Assembly (NCBI GenBank): GCA_028278585.1
Contig: JANQEC010000023.1
Coordinates: 23,947-87,946, forward strand
DNA length: 64,000 nt
Reading direction: 5' to 3'
Origin: Cyclobacteriaceae bacterium
GTDB lineage: Bacteria > Bacteroidota > Bacteroidia > Cytophagales > Cyclobacteriaceae
The notes under the pieces were generated by a model, which saw only the letters and a list, made by a program, of their open reading frames with translations, ran no database searches and was not told where the DNA came from. The translations under genes were made by a program, and so were the position numbers. Below are positions 8,858 to 17,383 of this stretch, in pieces (the stretch's first letter is position 1; the number at the start of each line of letters is the position of its first letter).

Positions 8858-9141
8858 AACAAGTCCGCCCGCTCAGAAAACAATCTTATTACCTGTCTTT
8901 GATGGAAATCCCTGCATGATATTCTTGTATCCTCATTAAATACATCAGTACAAGGTAGCTGCATAACATTTGTGGTCCCTTTGCCATATACCAAGTCCTC
9001 ACAATCAGCACAATCCATCACCTCTTGCGAATCAATACAATTATCGAATTTTTCCTTAAAGCCAAAATTCATCCACTTGATCTTACAGTAGTAGCAACCT
9101 TCCTCCATACCATAATATTCATCACATCCGCCCATTATCAT
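8854..9141 (-). CDS. small paralogue-array protein (YYC subfamily)
   Basis: CYYCKIKWM...CADC...ERADLL. Confidence 0.75.
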   Translation of the reverse strand: MIMGGCDEYYGMEEGCYYCKIKWMNFGFKEKFDNCIDSQEVMDCADCEDLVYGKGTTNVMQLPCTDVFNEDTRISCRDFHQRQVIRLFSERADLL

Positions 9142-9419
9142 ACCAGTTTCCCCAGCCTATCCAATGCCAAAATAACGTTGCCATGTCCATTCACCATACA
9201 GTATTCTACGCCTTCCCTAATCATACACCCATCCGCTTGTGCAGAACCCATCGAACAAAAGTGTTTACATTGTTTCCAATTCTTCAACTTGCCAGGGTGA
9301 CAGAAATCACAATTGCCACGATGCATTACCAACTGATCAAAAATATCAACTTCGTGATAGTAGTAGAGATCATCATATAGCATGCTCCCTGTAAACTGTG
9401 CCAATAATGGTCTTCTCAT
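9138..9419 (-). CDS. small paralogue-array protein
   Basis: YYYH..D, CxxC twice; similar to 10282..10551. Confidence 0.7.
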   Translation of the reverse strand: MRRPLLAQFTGSMLYDDLYYYHEVDIFDQLVMHRGNCDFCHPGKLKNWKQCKHFCSMGSAQADGCMIREGVEYCMVNGHGNVILALDRLGKLV

Positions 9420-9643
9420 AGTAGCTCCAAAGAATTGCCGAATTCACGCAAGGACAAAACATAATAATTTTCTTCGCAATTGGTATAAGTAGTGCAATCC
9501 AAATTAATAGAATGCGCGTTCATATAATAACAGTCATGGCATGTTATTGCCTTTTGCCACCAAGATGGTTCTCGCTGTACCGGATTAGCCCAGCTATCCA
9601 GATAACGGTAGTGGGTTTCTTTCTTATTTAACAGTTTCATCAT
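9416..9643 (-). CDS. small paralogue-array protein (CxxC)
   Basis: CHDC...CEENYY...SLELL. Confidence 0.75.
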   Translation of the reverse strand: MMKLLNKKETHYRYLDSWANPVQREPSWWQKAITCHDCYYMNAHSINLDCTTYTNCEENYYVLSLREFGNSLELL

Positions 9644-9900
9644 AGTAGCTGCAACCTCTCCTGCATTGCCTTCACATTGTATGGATAGTATCGAAAATTA
9701 CAAGCTACCAATGGCTCATGGTCACAATTAACATTCAATTCAATACAAACATCACATTCCAATAGTGATGACGATGTGCCTGCATACTTCATACATTTCC
9801 GACCCCACAACTCATTTATTCCTGGCGGTTCACAATACATGTGAGCAACTCTACAGTAGTAACAATTCCTGCCCATTTCAATACAATTTACTTTATTCAT
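9640..9900 (-). CDS. small paralogue-array protein (YYCRV subfamily)
   Basis: CYYCRVAHMY...YYPYNVKAMQERLQLL. Confidence 0.8.
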   Translation of the reverse strand: MNKVNCIEMGRNCYYCRVAHMYCEPPGINELWGRKCMKYAGTSSSLLECDVCIELNVNCDHEPLVACNFRYYPYNVKAMQERLQLL

Positions 9901-10070
9901 TCTAATTCCTCATCTATACCTATAATTGCAGAATAGAAGCAATCCTGTGGGTCACCGCAATCTCTCAACGGCCCGCCTTTATTTTGAAACATACAACAAG
10001 TACATACATTAATACTGCCATATTGTTCATTAGTGTTTGTCACTAGCTTGCCTCGCTCTTTGTTTTTCAT
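9897..10070 (-). CDS. small paralogue-array protein (57 aa, not in ORF track)
   Basis: MKNKE...CTCC...CFYSAIIGIDEELE; ATGA overlaps at both ends. Confidence 0.7.
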   Translation of the reverse strand: MKNKERGKLVTNTNEQYGSINVCTCCMFQNKGGPLRDCGDPQDCFYSAIIGIDEELE

Positions 10071-10285
10071 ACCAAATCCAACCTCTCAGTAAACCTTTCC
10101 AATACTATCATATGCATTTCATGCGCTATTGATGGTATCACATGCCGATTAGTTCTACTATAGTTAAGCTTTCTACCTCCACGCCAAGCCAGGTAATAAC
10201 TACATTGAACTATTTTGATATAATCCCAGTTAATATAGTATCCGTCCTTGCCGCCAATTATATCCCAATATTCTTTGCTTGTCAT
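10067..10285 (-). CDS. small paralogue-array protein (MTxxEY subfamily)
   Basis: MTSKEYW...YYLAWRG...ERLDLV. Confidence 0.75.
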   Translation of the reverse strand: MTSKEYWDIIGGKDGYYINWDYIKIVQCSYYLAWRGGRKLNYSRTNRHVIPSIAHEMHMIVLERFTERLDLV

Positions 10286-10551
10286 ACTAAGTCCAATTCC
10301 TTATCCACAGACGAAACAACTATCGGGTGTAGAGTGGCAATACAATGTTCTGCGAAAGGTCGCAAATCACATTCATGTATCAAAGAGGAAGCCGTTAAAC
10401 AACGTGTTTTGCATTGTTCCCCGTTCGGTATAATCAACGGACAACTGCCATCATAGTTCAGTAGTAAATCCACATCAAAAACCATATAGTAGTAATAGTA
10501 GGCAACATGTTCTGCATCTGTAGCAATAATCATTCCACAAAGCTCCCGCAC
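10282..10551 (-). CDS. small paralogue-array protein
   Basis: YYYYY, Cys-rich, ends VDKELDLV. Confidence 0.7.
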   Translation of the reverse strand: MRELCGMIIATDAEHVAYYYYYMVFDVDLLLNYDGSCPLIIPNGEQCKTRCLTASSLIHECDLRPFAEHCIATLHPIVVSSVDKELDLV

Positions 10552-10775
10552 ATCTTGACCACATACATATGCACATACTCCTCACATACCAGTATATTCG
10601 GCGGATTAGTTTCGCCAAATAAACAGCCCAACAGCAAGTCCTCTGCATCACAATATTCACAATCCTTCCTATTGCTTCTCTGCACTCCGGTATACTCACA
10701 CTCAAAGTAGAAGTCACTAAGCCAAACCTGCCAGTAGTATTCATTGGCAGCCGTTTTAATAGGTCGAATACACAT
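10530..10775 (-). CDS. small paralogue-array protein (CxxC)
   Basis: EYYWQV...CEYC. Confidence 0.7.
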   Translation of the reverse strand: MCIRPIKTAANEYYWQVWLSDFYFECEYTGVQRSNRKDCEYCDAEDLLLGCLFGETNPPNILVCEEYVHMYVVKMCGSFVE

Positions 10776-10779
10776 CAGT

Positions 10780-11076
10780 TCACAACTTCCTATTGATCCA
10801 TTTTAACAAGCAAGGGTATATTATTTCATTACACACCGTACCATCAGTACACGGCATTCTTCGCGACCTGTTACAATGTAGATCAAACCCGAGGGGAATA
10901 CAGTAATACGAACAGGTATGCAGGTCTAACGCCTCGAAACGCTCAGTGCGATGTTTCCTCTTACGTCCCGGTCCCATGTCTCTATTAATAGCCTTGACGT
11001 AGACGCGGTATATCATTTCCCTTGTGCGCTCTGGAAAATCATTCAAATTCATCTCAAAATTCCCTATCCACGGCAT
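10780..11076 (-). CDS. small paralogue-array protein
   Basis: CSYYC...CNEIIYPCLLKWIN; similar to 1621..1836. Confidence 0.7.
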   Translation of the reverse strand: MPWIGNFEMNLNDFPERTREMIYRVYVKAINRDMGPGRKRKHRTERFEALDLHTCSYYCIPLGFDLHCNRSRRMPCTDGTVCNEIIYPCLLKWINRKL

Positions 11077-11290
11077 TCACAATACAGGGATATACTTTGT
11101 TCGGACACATCAATGTATCTTGTGTATCATTCACACAAAGTCTGCCCGTAACACTTCGGCAATAGTCACAGCCGAGGGTTTCAATAGGAGTTTTGAATAG
11201 CCATACACAAGACCCGCCATCCATAAATCTATTGGCAAGAGTAACACGAATACGATAGCCGATTGCTTCTATTTCGTTGAACTTTCTCAT
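11054..11290 (-). CDS. small paralogue-array protein (CxxC)
   Basis: CDYC...CPNKVYPCIVNAVD. Confidence 0.7.
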   Translation of the reverse strand: MRKFNEIEAIGYRIRVTLANRFMDGGSCVWLFKTPIETLGCDYCRSVTGRLCVNDTQDTLMCPNKVYPCIVNAVDREF

Positions 11291-11291
11291 C

Positions 11292-11558
11292 TCAGTCCAA
11301 GCCCTTGCCGATTTTATTTACAAGGTGCGGGTATAGAAACAGTTTGCATGCCATTGGATTTTTGTAGTCCACGCACATCCATGGCACCTTCGGTAGTTTC
11401 TCTTTCACGCAAAAACAACATCGAATTTCGGTTTCTACACACAATTTGGCACCGCGGTATCTCCTATATTGCACCCTTGCGGACACTTGGCGGACCCTTG
11501 CGTAATACTCAATGCCTATCAACCACGGTGTCTGGCTGCCAATCTCTCTCCCTCTCAC
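11292..11558 (-). CDS. small paralogue-array protein (CxxC)
   Basis: EYYARV...CCFC...CKLFLYPHLVNKI. Confidence 0.7.
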   Translation of the reverse strand: MRGREIGSQTPWLIGIEYYARVRQVSARVQYRRYRGAKLCVETEIRCCFCVKEKLPKVPWMCVDYKNPMACKLFLYPHLVNKIGKGLD

Positions 11559-11592
11559 TGCACACCACCGTCCATATTCTTTTCCTGGCTTT

Positions 11593-11799
11593 TCAGATAC
11601 TTAGACATCTTTCTATCCCTTTCATACCTATTATATGTAGTAAATTTTTGTCGTGATCCGTTAATGTTAGAGTTCTACAAAGCATTCCCATATCATTTGC
11701 ACATAGGTAACAACCCCTACAATATATTGGCTCTATTGGAATAGAATTGTTTGACCATTCCAACCATTTGTTTATATAGTAGGTTGCTTTATAGTGCAT
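11593..11799 (-). CDS. small paralogue-array protein (GIKG subfamily)
   Basis: YYINKW...CRGC...GMKGIE. Confidence 0.7.
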   Translation of the reverse strand: MHYKATYYINKWLEWSNNSIPIEPIYCRGCYLCANDMGMLCRTLTLTDHDKNLLHIIGMKGIERCLSI

Positions 11800-12016
11800 T
11801 GTCTGTTCCTTTTATACCTCTAATATGGTAACATATCGAGTTTGATTCATAAGTAGTATCCACAAGTAGGCTACAACGATCTAATAGTATGCATGTCTGG
11901 CATGTAATACCGTCTATTACCCAATACTTAGAATACATAGATTTAGCAGGACCACTATATGCCACTATCCCGTTGAAAATCTTATTCATTAGGTAATATG
12001 TGTTAAGCGAGGTCAT
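11789..12016 (-). CDS. small paralogue-array protein (GIKG subfamily)
   Basis: YYLMNK...CQTC...GIKGTDNAL. Confidence 0.7.
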   Translation of the reverse strand: MTSLNTYYLMNKIFNGIVAYSGPAKSMYSKYWVIDGITCQTCILLDRCSLLVDTTYESNSICYHIRGIKGTDNAL

Positions 12017-12278
12017 TATCCAATCCTAAGACACCTGCATAGTAGCAGTTGTAGTCAACGTAGCATATTGTATTGGTTGCTATACAGTTGCTACATATAT
12101 GTTCGAAAACCCCATTCATTTCCATTTTCTTCTTATTATGTTTTACCATCTGGTGCAATGATTGTTGGATTGTTATTCCTGTATCATCACCTATGGCACG
12201 GATATGTTTATAGTACCTTAGTTTGAGTAGTATGTTTTCTCTATCAAAATAGATGGGATAGCATTCATCGTAATTCAT
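12003..12278 (-). CDS. small paralogue-array protein
   Basis: YYKHI...CSNC...CYYAGVLGLDNDL. Confidence 0.7.
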   Translation of the reverse strand: MNYDECYPIYFDRENILLKLRYYKHIRAIGDDTGITIQQSLHQMVKHNKKKMEMNGVFEHICSNCIATNTICYVDYNCYYAGVLGLDNDLA

Positions 12279-12360
12279 TGTCTATTCCCTTTATTCCAAA
12301 CCAATCTCCATTGCAGGTGAATGATTGTATATGCGTATTGACCGGCGTTGACCGTGCCAT
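12265..12360 (-). pseudogene. truncated remnant of an array paralogue
   Basis: 31-codon ORF retaining only the C-terminus CNGDWFGIKGIDNELR. Confidence 0.45.
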
Positions 12361-12390
12361 TGTTTGGCGGCGTAGTGTATTTAATTGGTT

Positions 12391-12615
12391 TCATGTTAGA
12401 TATGTGTCTATTACCTTCAATACAGGATGATATACCGAATGACTACTACACATGAAATCCCCCGCACATGTGCCGAATACATTAATTTCTGCACAATACT
12501 CACATGACATTTCTTGTTCAGGATCGTCTATTACTCTTTGTATCTTCAGTCCCTTGAACATTGCATCTATCCATTTGAATGTGTAGTATTCATCTGGCAT
12601 TACTCTTAATCTCAT
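12391..12615 (-). CDS. small paralogue-array protein (CxxC)
   Basis: EYYTFKWID...CEYC...YHPVLKVIDTYL. Confidence 0.75.
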   Translation of the reverse strand: MRLRVMPDEYYTFKWIDAMFKGLKIQRVIDDPEQEMSCEYCAEINVFGTCAGDFMCSSHSVYHPVLKVIDTYLT

Positions 12616-12842
12616 ATCAGTTCCAATAGCTTATCTATATCGTTTAGTCCAGTATACATACAGAAAGTATACAACGCACCATCATTCAGATTCCACGGGC
12701 AATCGTTTGCTTCATACTCACAACCATTACAGGCATATAGACCGCTCGGCCAGTTAGTGAATCGACTATCTGGTTTCCCTGTAAAGGTATGGGCATGGTC
12801 TATATACCTTATGTTGAAGTATTGTCTGGTATTAGTCGGCAT
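12612..12842 (-). CDS. small paralogue-array protein (CxxC)
   Basis: CNGC...DCP...FCMYTGLNDIDKLLELI; paralogue of the next gene. Confidence 0.75.
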   Translation of the reverse strand: MPTNTRQYFNIRYIDHAHTFTGKPDSRFTNWPSGLYACNGCEYEANDCPWNLNDGALYTFCMYTGLNDIDKLLELI

Positions 12843-13060
12843 AGGTTATCTATATCTTGTAAGGCATTGTATATACAAAACTCTACTGTCATACTATGTG
12901 GATTGAATATGTTTGCACTTGGGCAGTCATCTTCATACACACAATGGAAACATGTTTCTGTTGTATCCCATATCAGAAACCGTGAATCCTTTTTCTTGGC
13001 GTCAAATACCATTAACCAATTAAGGTTACGGTATGGATGATATTCTAAATAATGGTACAT
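12809..13060 (-). CDS. small paralogue-array protein (CxxC)
   Basis: CFHC...DCP...FCIYNALQDIDNL. Confidence 0.75.
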   Translation of the reverse strand: MYHYLEYHPYRNLNWLMVFDAKKKDSRFLIWDTTETCFHCVYEDDCPSANIFNPHSMTVEFCIYNALQDIDNLCRLIPDNTST

Positions 13061-13263
13061 ATGTCCCTGTCTAAATCTTTGAATCTTCTATAGTATGATG
13101 GGGCATGTATTACCCATCCATGTTCTGTTGTACTCCACCGCATTATACTGATGTTGACGCCGTATTCCGGTTGGCACACATTGTTTATCATGCCGGGTTG
13201 CCGGCGTAGTGATATGGAATTATCTAACCACTTGATACGCGTGTAGTAGTTGTTATAGGACAT
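13045..13263 (-). CDS. small paralogue-array protein
   Basis: YYTRIKWLD...YYRRFKDLDRDI. Confidence 0.7.
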   Translation of the reverse strand: MSYNNYYTRIKWLDNSISLRRQPGMINNVCQPEYGVNISIMRWSTTEHGWVIHAPSYYRRFKDLDRDICTII

Positions 13264-13507
13264 AACTTACTTCTTCCAATCCAATTAGGTGGCAATGGTC
13301 TTCCATTGTCAGTTTAAACCCATGATATGTATTACAATCTACCTTCCTGGCTTTCTCACAATTCCAACATGGTATTCGTTTCTTTGTAGATATGAATGGT
13401 TTCTTGTTCGTATCTTCTTGCCATAGTATACACTTATCCATATGTATAATAGGTTCGAATAGTACATGTTTCCAGAATAGATCGCCGAACAACTCACTAC
13501 CGTACAT
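13253..13507 (-). CDS. small paralogue-array protein (CxxC)
   Basis: CWNC...HCHLIGLEEV. Confidence 0.7.
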   Translation of the reverse strand: MYGSELFGDLFWKHVLFEPIIHMDKCILWQEDTNKKPFISTKKRIPCWNCEKARKVDCNTYHGFKLTMEDHCHLIGLEEVSYVL

Positions 13508-13679
13508 CTTTATTCACTCCTACCAAGGAAGACCAGTAACACCAATGATCGAAATCTTCTGCAGTCATGTTCTGGCAACCCGGGCCACACTTGTTTTCAA
13601 AGTATGGACAACCATAACAGGAATGGTATGCATTATTCCGGTCTGCTGAGTAATCATGTAAGTTGTTCTGTTTCATCAT
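13497..13679 (-). CDS. small paralogue-array protein (CxxC)
   Basis: CYGC...CYWSSLVGVNKDV. Confidence 0.7.
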   Translation of the reverse strand: MMKQNNLHDYSADRNNAYHSCYGCPYFENKCGPGCQNMTAEDFDHWCYWSSLVGVNKDVR

Positions 13680-13944
13680 TTATACTTCTCACTTGGTAAT
13701 TGTAACAAACCTTTGATATTCTATCTTCCATTGGCCTAGCACCTTGTACGGCAGCGTGGCACGCGGAAGAGTTGTAACAGTCTGCACATTTGATGAGAAA
13801 CCAATCTCTTTGGAACACATCTTTTATATAGTTGTTCTCTCCATCGAAATGTAGATAGTCACTATCAATGGTGGAGTATATCGTGTATCTCCAATTACTT
13901 ACTGTAATTGTGAGTGGCTTAGTCTTAACAAAATAGCTCTTCAT
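13654..13944 (-). CDS. small paralogue-array protein (CxxC)
   Basis: CADC...CYNYQVRSIND. Confidence 0.7.
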   Translation of the reverse strand: MKSYFVKTKPLTITVSNWRYTIYSTIDSDYLHFDGENNYIKDVFQRDWFLIKCADCYNSSACHAAVQGARPMEDRISKVCYNYQVRSINDETEQLT

Positions 13945-14159
13945 GAATCCCATTTCCATTCCTTGTCTTGCATCTTTATCCAATCGTAATATTTCCACTC
14001 CCGGCCATCTCTCAATTCTCGTTGTGGATACTTCTTACAATTGTAACCGCATGTTCCTACCCAAAGGTCGAAGTCATAATAGTTTTGATATGCTACTCGT
14101 TTTATGAACTCTGCATATCGAAAGTCTAATTTATCTTCGTAGTTATAGTGTGTACTCAT
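13941..14159 (-). CDS. small paralogue-array protein
   Basis: Tyr-rich; YYDWIKMQDK. Confidence 0.7.
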   Translation of the reverse strand: MSTHYNYEDKLDFRYAEFIKRVAYQNYYDFDLWVGTCGYNCKKYPQRELRDGREWKYYDWIKMQDKEWKWDS

Positions 14160-14373
14160 CTATAAACCCAACGTTGTAACCGAACGATTCTCTTTTGTAT
14201 TGATTGAATACGGAATTCAAGTATTGATCTGAATAGAGTAGTTTCTGCCAACCACCAATAGGAGACACTTCTGGTTTAGATCGGTCTATAATATGCACAT
14301 ATCGTCTGTAGGGACTGTCATTTATGGCATCGTATATCCATCTGATCTGTTCATAGTATGTTAAGGGCTTCAT
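14143..14373 (-). CDS. small paralogue-array protein
   Basis: YYEQIRWI...VGFIDEY. Confidence 0.65.
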   Translation of the reverse strand: MKPLTYYEQIRWIYDAINDSPYRRYVHIIDRSKPEVSPIGGWQKLLYSDQYLNSVFNQYKRESFGYNVGFIDEYTL

Positions 14374-14605
14374 CAAATTTCTCATAGTCTGGTGATGGTA
14401 AACAGAAGGCAAACTCTGGTTTCCTTCCTACCAAAGACAACACCAATGTTTGTCTCGCCTCATAATACTTCTTGGGCACATATAAACGGTATCCTATTGT
14501 TTCTTTTATCAATGTCCATCCACCAGCAAAGGCAAGGTCAGCAACCAATAAGTGATTGAAATACACACCTTCCCAAATCCGTATTTTTTCTGTCTCTGAT
14601 TTCAT
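14351..14605 (-). CDS. small protein, first gene of the minus-strand array
   Basis: ends KFDEALNIL. Confidence 0.6.
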   Translation of the reverse strand: MKSETEKIRIWEGVYFNHLLVADLAFAGGWTLIKETIGYRLYVPKKYYEARQTLVLSLVGRKPEFAFCLPSPDYEKFDEALNIL

Positions 14606-14620
14606 ACTTCACACCAAAAC

Positions 14621-14653
14621 AAAAAGGCACCCACCGATTAGGAGAATGCCTTT
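14621..14653 (-). terminator. intrinsic terminator
   Basis: AAAGGCA...TGCCTTT stem with a T-run on the minus strand. Confidence 0.55.
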
Positions 14654-14681
14654 GTCCATTGTTTTCCTGTCCTACCTTACT

Positions 14682-15056
14682 CTATGCCGAACCCGAAAGC
14701 AGATCCCGGTTCATATCATCAATATCTTTCTGTTCCAACATGTTCTTATCTACTTCAATGGGTTTTGTTAGGTCATCAATTTCACTCTTCGTGGCTTCTT
14801 TGATCTTCTCTTTCTTGATAACAATAGAAGTGATATGAGCAATATTACTTACTGCTTGGTCAATACCTTGAATGTTTGCCATCACAACTGCCCGTTCCTC
14901 TTGGGCAAAGTTTTGGGTAGCGATAAATACATCTTCCAATTTGTCCAGAATGGTAAGAAGGGCTTCACTTAGTGGATCCTTCTTTCCATCACCACCTTTG
15001 TTATTGTGGTGAAGCGGGTTAGTAGGTTGTTGGGGGCTCATGTGACCATCCTTCAT
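14682..15056 (-). CDS. hypothetical protein (late promoter upstream)
   Basis: ORF; TATAAATA at 15084-15091. Confidence 0.7.
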   Translation of the reverse strand: MKDGHMSPQQPTNPLHHNNKGGDGKKDPLSEALLTILDKLEDVFIATQNFAQEERAVVMANIQGIDQAVSNIAHITSIVIKKEKIKEATKSEIDDLTKPIEVDKNMLEQKDIDDMNRDLLSGSA

Positions 15057-15507
15057 TTGAATTTTTCCTTTCTATTCTATCAGTATTTATATAAAATTGT
15101 TTGAGATCAAAGGTATTTGGATTTATGTTTTCCACCTTTATGGCGGGTATCGCGTCTTCTTCTAATGATCCTGTCTGGAACATTGACAAGAAACCAACGT
15201 ACAATTGTTTACGTTTTATAGACCATCGGACAAAATCACTAATGGTATCTGATTTGTTGTGTTTGTAAAGTATCGCCTTTCTTTTGTCGGATACTATTTT
15301 GAAAATGATTTCGGCCTCTTCTTGTTCTAATGGATTATCAAAAGATTGTCCGGCCGATTGAATCATATCTTCAAAAACAGATTTTGGTATCTTCAATCCA
15401 TGGCTGAATAAATGAACAACGTCTTGATTGTAGATAAGAATAAGCCTACCGGCCATGCTTAGGGGTCGGTAGGACTTAATCTTTTCTTTTATGATTGGGG
15501 TGCTCAT
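15019..15507 (-). CDS. hypothetical protein
   Basis: ORF, ATGA coupling. Confidence 0.7.
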   Translation of the reverse strand: MSTPIIKEKIKSYRPLSMAGRLILIYNQDVVHLFSHGLKIPKSVFEDMIQSAGQSFDNPLEQEEAEIIFKIVSDKRKAILYKHNKSDTISDFVRWSIKRKQLYVGFLSMFQTGSLEEDAIPAIKVENINPNTFDLKQFYINTDRIERKNSNEGWSHEPPTTY

Positions 15508-15863
15508 TTCTTATCGGTAAATGCTTCTACCAGATCGTCAATGGGCTTCAATTCCAATGCCACTTCAACCTTACCAATTTGAGGTTTGGTTTTGTGTTTC
15601 AGAATATTGAGGGCTGCCGTGTGAAGAGTAATATCCTTGTCCTTTACATACAGAACTGCCTTGGTGGGCTTGTCGATCATGGCGAGGATCTTCTTCATAC
15701 TTTCCTCAGAAGTCTCTACCAATTTCGAAAAGTGATTGGAGATCAATTGGTCAACCGGAATCTTCGGCACCAATTTCTTGCGATTCCTCTTAGAGAAATA
15801 CATGATGTAATAGTTGTTTTTGTAATTGATAGGGAACTTTTCAACAATGGGTACATTTTCCAT
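15504..15863 (-). CDS. hypothetical protein
   Basis: ORF after promoter and RBS. Confidence 0.7.
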   Translation of the reverse strand: MENVPIVEKFPINYKNNYYIMYFSKRNRKKLVPKIPVDQLISNHFSKLVETSEESMKKILAMIDKPTKAVLYVKDKDITLHTAALNILKHKTKPQIGKVEVALELKPIDDLVEAFTDKK

Positions 15864-15912
15864 TATGGCTCACCCCTTTTGATTAAGGTTAATAAACAAA
15901 ATCTTGACTATT

Positions 15913-15958
15913 AATATACGTTATTCAATTATACCCGTCAAGATATTTTTTTCGGATC
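15913..15958 (-). promoter_or_regulatory. sigma70-like early promoter
   Basis: GATCCGAAAA...TTGACG-17 nt-TATATT. Confidence 0.75.
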
Positions 15959-16375
15959 TATTTCTGCCTCTATGTTAATCTGTTTCACAATTGGCGAAAT
16001 GCCTAAGAGTCTGTAGGTCAACATTTGTTTTTCGCCATACAAAAGCCAAAAAACGTCATTCAGTCCGTGGAGTACAATTGGCGGATTCACAATTTTCTCA
16101 AAGATGTTCTTTAACATTAATGGTCTTTCTTGTGTCTTTAGTAGACTATAATACGTTTCAAAGTCAAAGAGAGACAATTCCGTATACTGTGAATTCAATA
16201 GGTTCTCTGGTTTGAAAAAGTTCTCTGGATATTCCGTTAGGATACCATTGATAATTCTTACTTCAAATTCACTTTTGTCTGTAAAGATTTCTGGAAACAT
16301 GTTGTTCGCTAAAGAGAAATATTTATTGAACGTATCCAGCTTACCATAATTGCCTTCTATGAGAGATGCTTTCAT
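15938..16375 (-). CDS. hypothetical protein
   Basis: GGAGG RBS. Confidence 0.7.
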   Translation of the reverse strand: MKASLIEGNYGKLDTFNKYFSLANNMFPEIFTDKSEFEVRIINGILTEYPENFFKPENLLNSQYTELSLFDFETYYSLLKTQERPLMLKNIFEKIVNPPIVLHGLNDVFWLLYGEKQMLTYRLLGISPIVKQINIEAEIDPKKIS

Positions 16376-16399
16376 GTGATTACCTCCGTATACAAATAC

Positions 16400-16713
16400 T
16401 TATAAAATTATCGGAGAATAATCCATCAATTTGGATCTATTCGGAAGGTACAACGGATGCTTCGGCTGTATGTGTTTGGTCACACCCAAACATTTCAGAT
16501 ATGGCAACATGTCTACAACTTCCATCCATCTATTTAAATGGGTGCCATGGTTTCCCCAAGACGCCACAATGACTCCGGCGTACTCAGCCAAACTTTGTAA
16601 CGTATAATCGTTTCTTGCACCCACCGGATCTTTTGCTTCCTTCATAACCTTAACAGGGAGTATCGGTACTTCTTACACGGCGAGAATTGTGCTGTTGATT
16701 CAAGTAGTTTCAT
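16400..16713 (-). pseudogene. DUF1643-family gene with internal deletion/frameshift
   Basis: N-terminus MKLLESTAQFSPCKKYRYSLLRL* joined out of frame to the C-terminal half (PVGARND...ASWG...PKHPLY); central NPSTAD region absent. Confidence 0.7.
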
Positions 16714-16790
16714 AATTTCATCTCATTGTATACGACTGCTGCAAGGCCGCCCAAAATCACGGCAACAATTAATACTTCCATGTCATTCTC

Positions 16791-17033
16791 CTATTTCCAA
16801 AAATCAGGATCTTCTACAAACCCCTTTGGATAACGGTATTTGTTTCGTTTGTCTAAACATTTTGCATGGCTAACAGTAATTCCCAAACAAATAGACCCCT
16901 TAGGCATTACTTCCCACTTTTTAAGGTCCCAGTCCCAAAACTCAACACCCGGCTCAACGATGTCTGTATCAAACAATTTACCAAGTTTCGGCTTCTTTCT
17001 TGGCTTGTACATCTTCCAAGGTAATGTTGACAT
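16791..17033 (-). CDS. hypothetical protein
   Basis: ORF coupled to upstream gene. Confidence 0.6.
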   Translation of the reverse strand: MSTLPWKMYKPRKKPKLGKLFDTDIVEPGVEFWDWDLKKWEVMPKGSICLGITVSHAKCLDKRNKYRYPKGFVEDPDFWK

Positions 17034-17383
17034 CAGATTTTCTCCCGAAGGTACTTCTTCACATCTTCAATGTTGTCAAAGATTGTGTCGGTGTATCCCT
17101 TTTGTTTCTCTTTTGTGGCAATACAGTTGTCCGTTGTCAGGTCTTTACAAATCTGGAACCTCTCATCATAGGCAATACACTTCCCATTAGAAAGAAACCT
17201 ACAAGGAGTTTCGATTACCAAATTCCAATCGTGTTGAATGTCCTTACCAATAGCAACGGAAATGTTTGCGTGTGCAAGTGCCCATGCCAAGGTATCCATA
17301 TCCTTGGGCGAAAAGATAGGGGTTTCAATTGGTACACAAACAAGTCTGCAACATTTTCCATCACAACGTCTACATGATTTCAT
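17033..17383 (-). CDS. YkgJ-family cysteine-cluster protein
   Basis: CRRCDGKCC...PCRFL...CIAYDERFQIC. Confidence 0.8.
   Translation of the reverse strand: MKSCRRCDGKCCRLVCVPIETPIFSPKDMDTLAWALAHANISVAIGKDIQHDWNLVIETPCRFLSNGKCIAYDERFQICKDLTTDNCIATKEKQKGYTDTIFDNIEDVKKYLREKI

Noticed and set aside
340-14605. DGR, integron or CRISPR explanation for the paralogue array
   Set aside because: No reverse transcriptase, integrase, attC-like palindromes, template/variable repeat pair or repeat-spacer array is seen in this window.
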